Assembly: GCA_964655245.1 (NCBI GenBank)
Contig: CAZZLQ010000005.1
Coordinates: 1 to 57,652, forward strand
Origin: an uncultured Bacteriovoracaceae bacterium
GTDB taxonomy: Bacteria > Bdellovibrionota > UBA2394
Length of the DNA stretch: 57,652 nt
Direction of reading: 5' to 3'
Positions 10,277 through 20,016 of this stretch are shown here, piece by piece. The notes below the pieces were generated by a model. The model had not been told where the DNA came from and searched no databases. It saw nothing but the letters and a program-made list of their open reading frames with translations. Numbering within the stretch: the first letter of the stretch is position 1; the number at the start of each line of letters is the position of its first letter. The position numbers and the translations under genes were made by a program.

Positions 10277-10316
10277 GGCACCACCTCCTTTCTACTCTGC
10301 AAGCAGAGTCATCTTC

Positions 10317-10345
10317 AGAATAACTGACAATTTGATTGCGCTCAA
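10317..10345 (-). promoter_or_regulatory. sigma70-type promoter for the small transcript
   Basis: TTGAGC-17nt-TATTCT, 6-7 nt upstream of the 5' hairpin. Confidence 0.55.
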
Positions 10346-10359
10346 TGTACAATCGCCCT

Positions 10360-11787
10360 GTGACGCCTAAAAATCTCAAAATTCAAAACACTCTCACGGG
10401 AAAGAAGGAAGTTTTTAAGCCCCTGAATCCCAACAAGGTCACCATCTACTGCTGCGGCCCGACAGTACAAGGCTATACTCATGTGGGAAATGCCAGAGCG
10501 GCTCTAACATTGGATCTCGTTTCTCGAGTTCTCAAGTATTTGGGGTATACGATCGAAGTTGCTCGAAATTTTACTGACGTTGATGATAAAATTATAGCTT
10601 CCGCTATTCGTGAAAAAAAGACATCCCAGGAAATTTCTGAGTTCTATATCGCAGCCTATCTGAAGGACGTCTCAGGTCTTGGCACGTTGCTGCCCAATCA
10701 CATGCCCAAGGTAACGGAATCGATGGAGGCGATTGTCGAATTCATTTCTGATCTCGAAAAGAAGGGGATTGCTTACAAGGCTCAAACACAGATCGGTACG
10801 GATGTTTTTTTCTCAGTCGAGAAGTTTCCTCGCTACGGCTGTCTCTCTCACAGAAAAATTGAGGAGATGGTTGCCGGCTCTCGCATCGAAGTCGAAGAAG
10901 CCAAACGTCATCCTGCTGACTTTGCTCTTTGGAAGGCGGCCAAGCCGAATGAGCCCTCATGGCCAAGCCCTTGGGGTGCAGGTCGACCGGGCTGGCATAT
11001 TGAGTGCTCCGCGATGATTTATAAGATCTTCGGCAAATCGATTGATATTCATATGGGCGGCATTGATTTATTGTTTCCGCACCACGAAAACGAAATCGCT
11101 CAGAGTGAAGCGCGAAACGCAGCTCCTCTGGCCAACTACTGGATTCACAATGGCTTACTTGAGCTAGGCCATGAAAAAATGTCCAAGTCGGTTGGGAACA
11201 TTGTTCCGACAAAAGTATTTTTGGAAAACCGACACGCTGAAGTTCTGCGACTGTTATTCCTGCAACAGCATTATCGATCACCTCTTGATTTTTCCGGGGA
11301 AAACATCGACCGCGCAGAGGCCCTTCTTGAGAGGCTGTATCATTGCAAAAAAATGAGCCTCAAAGCATCAAGTTCCCCCCAAAAGCTTAGCTCTGAATGG
11401 GAAAAGAAAGTCGATGATTCCCTCAGCGATGACTTCAATACGGCAAAGATTCTTGGACAGATTCTTTCGGAAGCAAGGATTTGCTTCCGCGAAGACTCCC
11501 ATGAGACCTGGGGTCGCTGGTCTGCATTCCTTCCGCTTTTGAATGATGTTTTTGGTCTGCTCAAGGATGAGCCCGAGCTTTTCCTCCAAACAAACCATGA
11601 TCGAAAACTCAAACGCCTGGGAATCACCGAAGTGGAAGCTCAGAGAGTGACTGATTGCTTAAAAGAGCGCGAAAAACTCAGAGCGGAAAAGAAGTTCCAG
11701 GAATCGGATGCACTTCGACACCAGCTAGAATCCGAGGGCTATCTTGTGATGGACGGCCCTGACGGCAGCAGCTGGACAAAGAAATAG
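10360..11787 (+). CDS. cysS: Cysteine--tRNA ligase
   Basis: CGPTV, HVGN (HIGH), NFTDVDDKII, DFALWK, GRPGWHIECSAM, FPHHENEIAQ, KMSKS; GTG 10360 lies 6 nt after TACAAT. Confidence 0.96.
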   Translation: MTPKNLKIQNTLTGKKEVFKPLNPNKVTIYCCGPTVQGYTHVGNARAALTLDLVSRVLKYLGYTIEVARNFTDVDDKIIASAIREKKTSQEISEFYIAAYLKDVSGLGTLLPNHMPKVTESMEAIVEFISDLEKKGIAYKAQTQIGTDVFFSVEKFPRYGCLSHRKIEEMVAGSRIEVEEAKRHPADFALWKAAKPNEPSWPSPWGAGRPGWHIECSAMIYKIFGKSIDIHMGGIDLLFPHHENEIAQSEARNAAPLANYWIHNGLLELGHEKMSKSVGNIVPTKVFLENRHAEVLRLLFLQQHYRSPLDFSGENIDRAEALLERLYHCKKMSLKASSSPQKLSSEWEKKVDDSLSDDFNTAKILGQILSEARICFREDSHETWGRWSAFLPLLNDVFGLLKDEPELFLQTNHDRKLKRLGITEVEAQRVTDCLKEREKLRAEKKFQESDALRHQLESEGYLVMDGPDGSSWTKK

Positions 11788-11791
11788 AACT

Positions 11792-12493
11792 CTAAACATC
11801 GATCTCGTAACGTTTATCACCCTCTTTGCGAGGATCAAAAACAGCTTCAAGCAAAAGAATCTCCTTGGGCATATCGATTTGAATCTCGTTCTTGCGAGGT
11901 AGCCATCGATCAATCCACTCAGGATCAATCAGAATAATTCGCTTGGAGGAATCCTTCATCTCCACCAGAAAACAAGAAACCTCCCAGGATTCCATTCGCA
12001 AGACCAGATCGGTCACTTCACCGATTGAGCCATTGGTTCCCGAGACATGAGATCTCAAAAACTGATCAGAGCAGACCAAATGAAAGTGATCGTTGTCTCG
12101 AATCTCAACGCCTTCATCTTGAATCGAAGTGTCGGACGATTGAATCATCGAAGTGTAATTACGATGAGAGAACTCCTCATCTCCCTCCCAGTAGCAGGGA
12201 AGCCCCAGAGATTTGAGCAGGTCTCGTTCAACCTCTCGAGTCAGAGAATCACCCTGAAACTTTGGAAAAGCCTTCAGATTCCCCGCCGCCTGGCTCAAGG
12301 CCAAGACTTCCTGATTCCCCGACATCCGGCCCAAAAGAGCTGTGGGCAGCAAAAAGCGTCCGCCGTCCTTTTCCACTCTCAAATAACGAGCCATCCAAGA
12401 CGTGGTATCAAACCAGCATCCTGTCACTTTAAAGCCGAGAGGCTCATTGGACTTAATCTGATAGCGAGCAAGATCAGTAAGATGAATCTTCAT
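11792..12493 (-). CDS. PRC-barrel domain protein
   Basis: Two PRC-like units (FDTTSWMARYLRV; GSIGEVTDLVL..ESWEVSCFLV; ILIDPEWIDR). Confidence 0.7.
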   Translation of the reverse strand: MKIHLTDLARYQIKSNEPLGFKVTGCWFDTTSWMARYLRVEKDGGRFLLPTALLGRMSGNQEVLALSQAAGNLKAFPKFQGDSLTREVERDLLKSLGLPCYWEGDEEFSHRNYTSMIQSSDTSIQDEGVEIRDNDHFHLVCSDQFLRSHVSGTNGSIGEVTDLVLRMESWEVSCFLVEMKDSSKRIILIDPEWIDRWLPRKNEIQIDMPKEILLLEAVFDPRKEGDKRYEIDV

Positions 12494-12508
12494 CTGGCAT
12501 CTCCTTGT

Positions 12509-13024
12509 TTAAGCAATCGACTGAGCGGGGGAGCGCATCGAAAAACCAAAGACTCGATACGCACCAAAAAACACAGACGCAAACAGCATATCGCCCGCCA
12601 GAGAGAGCTTCAAAAATGGCAAGGCGGCGACATAGCAATCAACCATTCCGCCAAAGCTCTTGGGATAAAGAGGCGTCATCGCCCACACTCCAAAATTCGA
12701 AACAACAAAGAAAACGAAAGCGCTCGACATCACCACGGACACAAATCGAGGTAAAGACCACTGTCTCAATCCCAACCCACACAGCGCCGCCAACACATGC
12801 CCTGCATAAACAAACTCAATTCCGGAGTAGAAGCCCAAAAAGAAATCCGAAATCAAAATCGCCACTAAGGGCAAAAACAATGCCCAACCCGATCGATTTT
12901 GCGAAAACTGACTGATCGCGAGCAATGAAAGAGCCGCCACAGGAGTCACGTTTGAAGGGTGGGGAACCAGACGATAGATCACTGCCAAGACTGCCAAAGA
13001 AAGGCCAAAAAGAACCAATTTCAT
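12509..13024 (-). CDS. DUF6580-like membrane protein (putative transporter)
   Basis: RLVPHPSNVTPVAAL, SDFFLGFY, FFVVSNFGVW, CYVAALPF; multiple TM segments. Confidence 0.75.
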   Translation of the reverse strand: MKLVLFGLSLAVLAVIYRLVPHPSNVTPVAALSLLAISQFSQNRSGWALFLPLVAILISDFFLGFYSGIEFVYAGHVLAALCGLGLRQWSLPRFVSVVMSSAFVFFVVSNFGVWAMTPLYPKSFGGMVDCYVAALPFLKLSLAGDMLFASVFFGAYRVFGFSMRSPAQSIA

Positions 13025-13077
13025 GCCTTTAATATCCCGAATTCCTTGAGGGCCATCAACACCAAAAACAAAAAGGC

Positions 13078-13743
13078 TTAAACCGACAATTCGAGATAGC
13101 CAAAGCCACCCGCTTCAATGATCTCACCGCGCTTAAGCTCGATTCGACGTTGGAAGAAGGGGCCGTCGTAGACGAACGTATGGAACTCCCCGCGCTCACC
13201 TGAGGGGTCAACACCACTGGGAATATCGTCCAGAAAGTCTTGATCAAACTCCCGACCCACAAAAGTCAACGGCAGATGCTTGAGATCAACCGAGGAGACA
13301 ATGGCCTTAAAACCTAACGAAAAGAAAACCCGAAGAGCCTCTTTGGAGCCCCATTTCCAAAGCGGAAAATGAGCATTCAATCCAAGGCCCCCCATCATCC
13401 TTTCTCGCTGAGCCCGAACATCCTCAAGACTCAGGTCACCAAAAACAAGGCCTTCTAATCCCTTCTTTTGCAGGGGTTTCAAAAACTCTCCCATGCGGTT
13501 TTGATAGGTCTCACTCGAAGCCCCTCGAGGAGTAGGAATAATCAAAAGAGGAATCTCCAAAGCTTCGGCCTGCTTCATCAGCAAAGTTTTGGACACTCCA
13601 TGACCTTGGAGGCTTTGATCGTCCTCATAGACCGTCGCAATCAGGCCATTCAATTTGTAATCAGGGCTCTTCACCTCAAACAAGGAAACAGCGGAGTTCT
13701 TTCCACCGCTCCAAGAGAGAAGAACCTTTTCCTTCTTAGGCAT
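13078..13743 (-). CDS. Diphthine-ammonia-ligase-like (Dph6/MJ0570 family) PP-loop ATPase
   Basis: SWSGGKNS, QAEALEIP, FGDLSLED, FPLW, VDPSGERGEFHTFVYDGP. Confidence 0.85.
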   Translation of the reverse strand: MPKKEKVLLSWSGGKNSAVSLFEVKSPDYKLNGLIATVYEDDQSLQGHGVSKTLLMKQAEALEIPLLIIPTPRGASSETYQNRMGEFLKPLQKKGLEGLVFGDLSLEDVRAQRERMMGGLGLNAHFPLWKWGSKEALRVFFSLGFKAIVSSVDLKHLPLTFVGREFDQDFLDDIPSGVDPSGERGEFHTFVYDGPFFQRRIELKRGEIIEAGGFGYLELSV

Positions 13744-13836
13744 CGGATCCAGATTGCAAAGGATTTTGGCAGCGGGCAACTAAATTCGGAGAAGCTGCTG
13801 TGCGAAAAAGGTCGGATCTGATTACAATTGAAGAGC

Positions 13837-15192
13837 ATGTCTTATCCCCTTGTTGATCGAAGCCCTCACGGTCTGAGCATCGAAAGCTGCCGCGAGAAGC
13901 TCAGAGAGCTCAAAAATCTGCTGAAACACCACGAAGCAGTGATTCTTGATGCGCTGTATCAGGACTTGAGAAAGCCTTCCCTTGAAGCCTACGCATCTGA
14001 GATCGCCGTGATTCATCATGAGATTGATTTGTTCATTTCAAAGCTCAAGGATTGGAGACGTCCCAAAAGTGTTGGAGCGAACTGGCTCAACCCTGCACAT
14101 CTGACAGCGCGAGCAGAGATTTATCCAGAACCGAAAGGGAGAGTCTTGATCATCGGTGCGTGGAATTATCCCTTTCACCTGAGCTTGCTACCCTGTATCG
14201 GCGCCTTTGCCGCAGGAAATCGCTTTGTTCTCAAACCATCAGAGCTTTCTGCTCAGACGAGCAAGATTTTGAAGAAAATCGTCAGCGCTTGGTTGAAGCC
14301 CGAGATAGGCCTCGTTGTAGAAGGCGATGCCACAGCCTCAACCGAACTCCTCAAAGAACGATGGGATCATGTGTTTTTTACTGGAGGAACTGAGATCGGA
14401 AAAAAAGTCATGCAAGCAGCGGCAGCAACTCTGTCTCCGGTTACGCTTGAGCTGGGAGGAAAGTCGCCATGTCTTTTGGATGAGACGGCCGAACTTGAAA
14501 CCTCTCTCAAAAGAATTCTCTGGGGCAAATTCTATAATGCAGGACAAACCTGTGTAGCGCCGGACTATTTGCTGGTTCCGCAAGCGCTTGAAGCTCAAGT
14601 TGTTTCGATGAGCCGAGAGATTATTCGTTCGTTCTATGGCGATGATCCCCAGAAAAGTTCAGACTACGGTCGAATTGTAAATGAGCGACACTTTCAGCGA
14701 CTCGAAAACCTCAAACGCGACGGCAAGGTCTGTGTGGGAGGGGAGTCAGATCCTCAAGATCGTTATCTTTCACCCACACTTCTCCAAGAAGTCGATCTCG
14801 ACTCCAATCTGATGCGTGATGAGATCTTTGGCCCCTTGCTGCCAATTGTTCCTTATTCAAACGTCGATGAAGCTCTCTCAGTGATACTGCAGCGGGAAAA
14901 GCCCTTGGCTTGTTACATCTTTAGTCAGGATTCTGAGCGCATCGAGAAGATCAAACATTTGATTTCGGCCGGCGGAATCTGCATCAACGACACTCTCGTT
15001 CATCTTGGAAATCTGGAACTTCCCTTTGGAGGAATTGGACACAGCGGAATGGGCAGCTACCACGGCTATGAGAGCTTCAGAACATTCACGCATTTTAAAT
15101 CGATCGAGCGGAAGTCTTTAAAAGGGGATCTAGCCTTGCGCTATCCCCCGTACAGGATGAAGCTCACAAGCTTCCTCAAGAAGTGGATTTGA
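13837..15192 (+). CDS. Aldehyde dehydrogenase, family 3
   Basis: IIGAWNYP, KPSE, FFTG, TLELGGKSP, NAGQTCVAPDY, EIFGP, PFGGIGHSGMGSYHG. Confidence 0.9.
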   Translation: MSYPLVDRSPHGLSIESCREKLRELKNLLKHHEAVILDALYQDLRKPSLEAYASEIAVIHHEIDLFISKLKDWRRPKSVGANWLNPAHLTARAEIYPEPKGRVLIIGAWNYPFHLSLLPCIGAFAAGNRFVLKPSELSAQTSKILKKIVSAWLKPEIGLVVEGDATASTELLKERWDHVFFTGGTEIGKKVMQAAAATLSPVTLELGGKSPCLLDETAELETSLKRILWGKFYNAGQTCVAPDYLLVPQALEAQVVSMSREIIRSFYGDDPQKSSDYGRIVNERHFQRLENLKRDGKVCVGGESDPQDRYLSPTLLQEVDLDSNLMRDEIFGPLLPIVPYSNVDEALSVILQREKPLACYIFSQDSERIEKIKHLISAGGICINDTLVHLGNLELPFGGIGHSGMGSYHGYESFRTFTHFKSIERKSLKGDLALRYPPYRMKLTSFLKKWI

Positions 15193-15200
15193 TCCTGTGT

Positions 15201-15569
15201 TTATCGAGCGAGCGCCAACTTTCCTTGAACGTTGAGCGCCTCGAGTGCCTCAATGATGGGTCGAATAGCGGGCTCAAAGTCTCCTAAGAACCTCACTCCA
15301 TAAAAGCGACCAATCTCACCATTGAGTGGATAGGGGTTGGTGTAGAGAACAGCACCTTGCACTCTGACAAGTTCGCCGTCGCCGAGTTGGAAGTGACATT
15401 CAATCACATCGCCAACCTTAAAGCGAAAGTCGTCTACCAGAGAGGCAAAGCCGCAGCCGGCAAGACTCATCGTCAAAAGCCGCTCACCTGAAGGCGAACG
15501 AGTCGTATTGCCGATTAGTTCTGGATGCTGCGACACGTCATAGCGTTTGTGTTTTCTGCGTTCCCTCAT
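15201..15569 (-). CDS. PilZ domain protein
   Basis: ERRKHKRY (RxxxR), TMSLAGCGF, YGVRF. Confidence 0.75.
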   Translation of the reverse strand: MRERRKHKRYDVSQHPELIGNTTRSPSGERLLTMSLAGCGFASLVDDFRFKVGDVIECHFQLGDGELVRVQGAVLYTNPYPLNGEIGRFYGVRFLGDFEPAIRPIIEALEALNVQGKLALAR

Positions 15570-15644
15570 GCTCGGTCCCCTAACCCTTTAAGGATAACAC
15601 GGAAAGTCAAAGTGCCAAACCGCACCTGATTTCAATAGCTTAGA

Positions 15645-16994
15645 CTAAAGAGTAAGCGAAAGACCCTGAACCAAGACCCCTGGAAGCTGGACCCCCGAAA
15701 GGCTTCTAAATCCATAGGTTGAATTCGAAGGAATGGTCTCCGCTGAATGGCTCACAGCTTCTAGACCTTTGCCCAGCAGATTGAACAAAGTATCATCAAA
15801 TCGCATGGATTCAATCGGAGCTACCATCTTCCCATTCTCCACCAGCAAGCAGGCAAATCTTGTCATCCCGGTGATTCGACCGGACGGCTGATCAGACCAA
15901 TTCAAGTAATGAAGATTCGAAAGGTAAATTCCATCCCCCAAGGTCTTCAGCACATCATCACTCTTGAGCGAACCCGTCATCATCCGAGTGGATCGCAATC
16001 CCTCGCTGAGGGGAGCGCATGTGGACTTGAGATTAAACTCTTTTGCTGTTCGACGACTGACCAGAGTCGATGCGAGCTGACCTTCATCAATGATTTTGAG
16101 TCTTTCAGGCGCAAGCTCTCCATCGGAGTTAAACCGTGGAGAAAGAGCCAATCCAAAATCTTCAATCAACGAAAACTGGGACGAAAACGCTTCTTCTCCT
16201 TTTCGAACCTTCAGAAGAGGGCTCTCCCCCTGCTGCAAAGACATCTCACCCACGCAGCCCCACGAAAACATATGAATAATCTCGGCCACAGCATCCGGAG
16301 CCAAATACACACGATGATTTCCTCGAGGAACTTTTCGTGCGGGCAGTTCCATCAATTTCAGCTGCTCCGCCGCTTCAGAAACATTCGATCTGAATTGAGA
16401 GGAGTTCCATTTCTGACCTGCGAACTGGCGCTTCACAGCTCTTTGATTGGGTGAATACAATGAATAATCCAAAAGAAAATTCTGTGTTTCAAACCAATGA
16501 GAAATTCCCGTTGAACTCTTCATCATCCGAAACTGTGATCCAGCAGCATAAAGTCCAGCGGCATCATGACCCTGAAGGGGAGCAATCACCTCAGCGACAA
16601 CGTTCAAGGGATCGAGAATCTCACCGGAGGAAACAAATCGGCTCGTTTCTCCTGACGGCGGCAGCTCTGCAAACGGATCAGGAGGCAAGTCCGCCAAGAC
16701 GGTCTGAATTCTCTTGAGCTCCGCCTGGCATCGTTCACTATCCACTTTCAACTCACCCTTAAGACTCAATGAGCCTGATGCCTTCTTCATTCCACGCGTC
16801 GATTTCTGAAGGACTTGAATCTCAAGGACCCCATCGTCCACAAGGCCCGTCTGTCGAACCCGGGCGCGATTGAATCTTAAGAAATGGCTGCTCTCGCCAA
16901 TAAAATTCAAAATCAACGTCTCATCGGAAGCAGAGTGGGTGAGAAGTTGCTTTGAGAGCGTCTCTAGATAATCTTCCGTCCAGGGTGACTTCAC
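15645..16994 (-). CDS. TldE/PmbA family protein
   Basis: YLAPDAV, GIYLSNLHYLN, ITGMTR, SMRFDDT; no HExxxH; paired with tldD. Confidence 0.85.
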   Translation of the reverse strand: MKSPWTEDYLETLSKQLLTHSASDETLILNFIGESSHFLRFNRARVRQTGLVDDGVLEIQVLQKSTRGMKKASGSLSLKGELKVDSERCQAELKRIQTVLADLPPDPFAELPPSGETSRFVSSGEILDPLNVVAEVIAPLQGHDAAGLYAAGSQFRMMKSSTGISHWFETQNFLLDYSLYSPNQRAVKRQFAGQKWNSSQFRSNVSEAAEQLKLMELPARKVPRGNHRVYLAPDAVAEIIHMFSWGCVGEMSLQQGESPLLKVRKGEEAFSSQFSLIEDFGLALSPRFNSDGELAPERLKIIDEGQLASTLVSRRTAKEFNLKSTCAPLSEGLRSTRMMTGSLKSDDVLKTLGDGIYLSNLHYLNWSDQPSGRITGMTRFACLLVENGKMVAPIESMRFDDTLFNLLGKGLEAVSHSAETIPSNSTYGFRSLSGVQLPGVLVQGLSLTL

Positions 16995-18433
16995 GCGACA
17001 CCTCCAAAAATCTCAATACCCGAGAAATGGCAAACAGGTGAGGCGTGTCCGACTCGAATTACTTGATTCGGCTCGCCCTTCCCACAAAAGGGTGTTCCAT
17101 AAACTTTAAATGTTGAAGGATCACCCACAGCCTTTAGATTTCTCCAAAACGAAAGAGTATCGCCTCGATAATTGGGATTTCTGAGCGTCTTTGTCAGCTT
17201 TCCATTTTCGATGAGCTTGGCGTACTCGCAACCAAACTGAAACTTGTTTCGAAAATCATCAATGGACCATGAGCGATTGGTCTCCATCAAAACACCATGT
17301 TCAATATTCGAAAGCATTGCATCGAAGGAAGTCTTTCCTGCCTCGAGATTGAGATTCGCCATCCGATCAATCGGTGGTCGATTCCAAAGACTTGCTCGTG
17401 CATTGGCCACACCTTGCACCGACGATCGAGTTTGGCTTTCAAGCCCCCCCAAACCACGCAGGAGTTTTCCGTCTTTAATTAGATATTCCTTCCTCGCCTC
17501 AGCTCCGTGATCATCAAAACCATAACTCGCAAACTCCTCTTTGAGAGTAGGATCAAAAACGACATTCATAAGGGGTGAGCCATATTGAAGATTTCCAAAG
17601 TCTGACAGTTTAACAAAAGACCAACCTGCGTAGTTTCTTTCATCCCCCAAAATCCGATCAACCTCCAGCGGATGACCGATACTTTCGTGAATCTGAAGCA
17701 TCATCTGATCAGGCATCAACACTAGATCTCCAGTCAGAGTCGGGCACATCTGCGCAGAGCAAAGCTCAACAGCTTGAGTCGCAATTTTTTGAGCGCGCTC
17801 ATCAATACTGAGATCGAACAAAACCTCGATACCACCTTGCTGAGATCTACCCATCAGACCGGCATCAGAACGCTTCTGAGTAACACCGCCGCTGGATGCA
17901 ATCACTTCAAAATCAGGACTCATCAGCGACAACCGCTGAAAGGCATCTGAGCCCGAAGAGCTTAAAAGCTGAGTCTCAGACTCCACATAAATCAAACGTG
18001 CGAAACGACGCAAAATCTTGGAATCCACCTTCATCTTTTGAGAAACCGAAAGAAGACGATCAAAGATTTCATTGCTTTTCACGGAGTCAAATCTTCTAAG
18101 CTCCGGTGACTGATAGCGTTTCTTGACCGTGGGACGAACCTGAGTCGATGACTGAAACGCTGCAAACTTCGATGCCCGATCTGCTTGTTGAATGGCCGCT
18201 TGAAGAGCCTTGGCAACCCCTGCCTCGGTCAGCTCCGAAGTCGCTGCATAACCCATTTGTCCAGCGACCAGCGCTTCTACCATCACTCCCTCGGATTCCG
18301 AGACGTCATAGGAGTCAAAGGCATCGTCTTTGACGTTAAAGGAATGATTCTTCTCACGAACATACCGAAGACCAACCCACTCAGCTCTTGGAGGGGGAGA
18401 TTGCACAAACTTTTCAAGATTCATGGATCTCAT
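16991..18433 (-). CDS. tldD: TldD family metalloprotease
   Basis: HESIGHPLEVDR, PIDRMANL, SWSIDD, CGKGEPNQ; start could be 18424-18439. Confidence 0.9.
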   Translation of the reverse strand: MRSMNLEKFVQSPPPRAEWVGLRYVREKNHSFNVKDDAFDSYDVSESEGVMVEALVAGQMGYAATSELTEAGVAKALQAAIQQADRASKFAAFQSSTQVRPTVKKRYQSPELRRFDSVKSNEIFDRLLSVSQKMKVDSKILRRFARLIYVESETQLLSSSGSDAFQRLSLMSPDFEVIASSGGVTQKRSDAGLMGRSQQGGIEVLFDLSIDERAQKIATQAVELCSAQMCPTLTGDLVLMPDQMMLQIHESIGHPLEVDRILGDERNYAGWSFVKLSDFGNLQYGSPLMNVVFDPTLKEEFASYGFDDHGAEARKEYLIKDGKLLRGLGGLESQTRSSVQGVANARASLWNRPPIDRMANLNLEAGKTSFDAMLSNIEHGVLMETNRSWSIDDFRNKFQFGCEYAKLIENGKLTKTLRNPNYRGDTLSFWRNLKAVGDPSTFKVYGTPFCGKGEPNQVIRVGHASPVCHFSGIEIFGGVA

Positions 18434-18461
18434 TTCCACCCAAAAGAATGGGGGGAATCAA

Positions 18462-20000
18462 CTAGATATTCCAGTCGATCTCGCGAACGGGAGTAGGCGC
18501 CTCGCTAAGAGCCTTGAGCTCTTTTGTGCGCAGAAACTTGCGCAAAACAGCAATCTCGGAAACATAGGCCTCAAACCATTCCTTGTAGAGGTGAAAGATT
18601 CCCGCATCGCCACTGGTCGTACCCCAGGAGTTCTCCACCCGAAACTTCACCACCCCCTTGCCCTTGGGACGATCATAACCTGAAATCAACATCGCATGCC
18701 CCCCAGACTGAAGGCGTAGGTGCATTGCCATAGGAAGTCTAAGAGCTGAAAACGTCTCTGTTGGGGTCCACCCATAAATCCCTGTGCGATCAAAGATTTT
18801 GGTGTGCATGATGCCGCTCTCGTGATCCACATCTTTATCAACATCTCCGCCAAACCAAACCGGATGGCCTTTGTCCAAAGACTTCACTGTAATCTCCATC
18901 AATCGCTGAATCGAAAGGTTGAGAACACGTCGATTCTTTGCTGGGAAAGCCCGATCACCCACACCAATGGCGGAATCCTTAATCTCGTAAACTTTCCCAA
19001 ATTCAAAGCGAGGATTGTAATCAATCTCGATATAGTCATCGGCTCTAAATCCAACGATCTCCTCGGCAAATGACTGAGGAGTAAAGACTTTGAGCTGGCT
19101 GCTGATTTTGGCCACTTTCCATTTTTTGTCTTCGTCAGGAAGCTTAGCGCCATATCGAAACTCGAATTTTTCTGGAGGCACTCCCAGATACAAAGTCAAA
19201 AGCTTCCAAACCGACGCCATACCTCGGGCCTTAATCTGATAGAGTCGCTTCACTTCGCGCTCAGGAAACTCAGCCTTGAGATCCAGACCTCGCTCCCGAA
19301 AGACTTCATCAAACATTTCCTGAGCAATCCGTCCCAAAAGATTTTGAAGCTCAGGCTCCAGCCACGCCTCGGTATTTTTGGATGCATCTGTTTCTGGCAT
19401 CACAGACTGAGGAACGAGCCCATACTTTTCGATCAAATGCGCAAAGTCCCCGAAGTATCCACCCTCGCCAAGGTGTGTCGGGGAGAGCGCCTCACCATAG
19501 CGAGGAGCCATAAACTCCTTGGAACGAGCCTCAATAATCTTTTCTAAATAGGCATTGGCTTGCTCAAGATAACTAAAGAAGTGGAGGTAAGAACTTGAAA
19601 GCTGAAAGTTCGTCGGCACCAACTGCGAGCCGATGAGCGCTGCTCGAAGCATACTGAGGCCCGCAAAAATCCAACATTTCCCGGAGTCTTCCTGGTTGGT
19701 GATATCTCCACGCCTCACCACAACTGAGTAGTGATCGTTATGGTTTTTCAAAATATCCCCATTCCGAGCCAAAACCGAAAGATCTGTTTGCTGAGCGGCT
19801 TCACGAATCCGGCGCTGAGAGGGCTCGACCTTGGCGGAGGCACGAATCTGCTTCTGAACCCACTGAAAGGCGACAAACTTGAGACGATTTCTACAGGAGT
19901 CTTCCTCGGCGAACAAGGCAGAGGCCATTGTCATACAGACCAAGAAAGGAATCCCAATACCCGACCACCTCATGAAAGCCGAGTTAACGAGATTCCTCAA
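18462..20000 (-). CDS. C1B cysteine peptidase (PepC/bleomycin hydrolase-like) with signal peptide
   Basis: QEDSGKCWIFA catalytic Cys, GHAML, VENSWG; hydrophobic leader ending ALFA; start may be ATG 19973. Confidence 0.85.
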   Translation of the reverse strand: MRNLVNSAFMRWSGIGIPFLVCMTMASALFAEEDSCRNRLKFVAFQWVQKQIRASAKVEPSQRRIREAAQQTDLSVLARNGDILKNHNDHYSVVVRRGDITNQEDSGKCWIFAGLSMLRAALIGSQLVPTNFQLSSSYLHFFSYLEQANAYLEKIIEARSKEFMAPRYGEALSPTHLGEGGYFGDFAHLIEKYGLVPQSVMPETDASKNTEAWLEPELQNLLGRIAQEMFDEVFRERGLDLKAEFPEREVKRLYQIKARGMASVWKLLTLYLGVPPEKFEFRYGAKLPDEDKKWKVAKISSQLKVFTPQSFAEEIVGFRADDYIEIDYNPRFEFGKVYEIKDSAIGVGDRAFPAKNRRVLNLSIQRLMEITVKSLDKGHPVWFGGDVDKDVDHESGIMHTKIFDRTGIYGWTPTETFSALRLPMAMHLRLQSGGHAMLISGYDRPKGKGVVKFRVENSWGTTSGDAGIFHLYKEWFEAYVSEIAVLRKFLRTKELKALSEAPTPVREIDWNI

Positions 20001-20016
20001 AAAATGTTAAGTCTTT

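Larger units (their letters stand above)
10161..10310 (-). ncRNA. Putative ~150 nt structured small RNA / small-ORF transcript
   Basis: Own sigma70-like promoter, 5' hairpin ACTCTGC-TT-GCAGAGT, perfect SD AGAAAGGAGGTG, long hairpin 10202-10253, terminator. Confidence 0.5.

Noticed and set aside
10279-10294. CACCACCTCCTTTCTA resembles the 16S rRNA 3' end
   Set aside because: No flanking rRNA sequence or helix 45; better read as a Shine-Dalgarno on the minus strand
15645-18433. tldD/tldE as part of a RiPP cluster
   Set aside because: No precursor peptide, YcaO or radical SAM gene nearby
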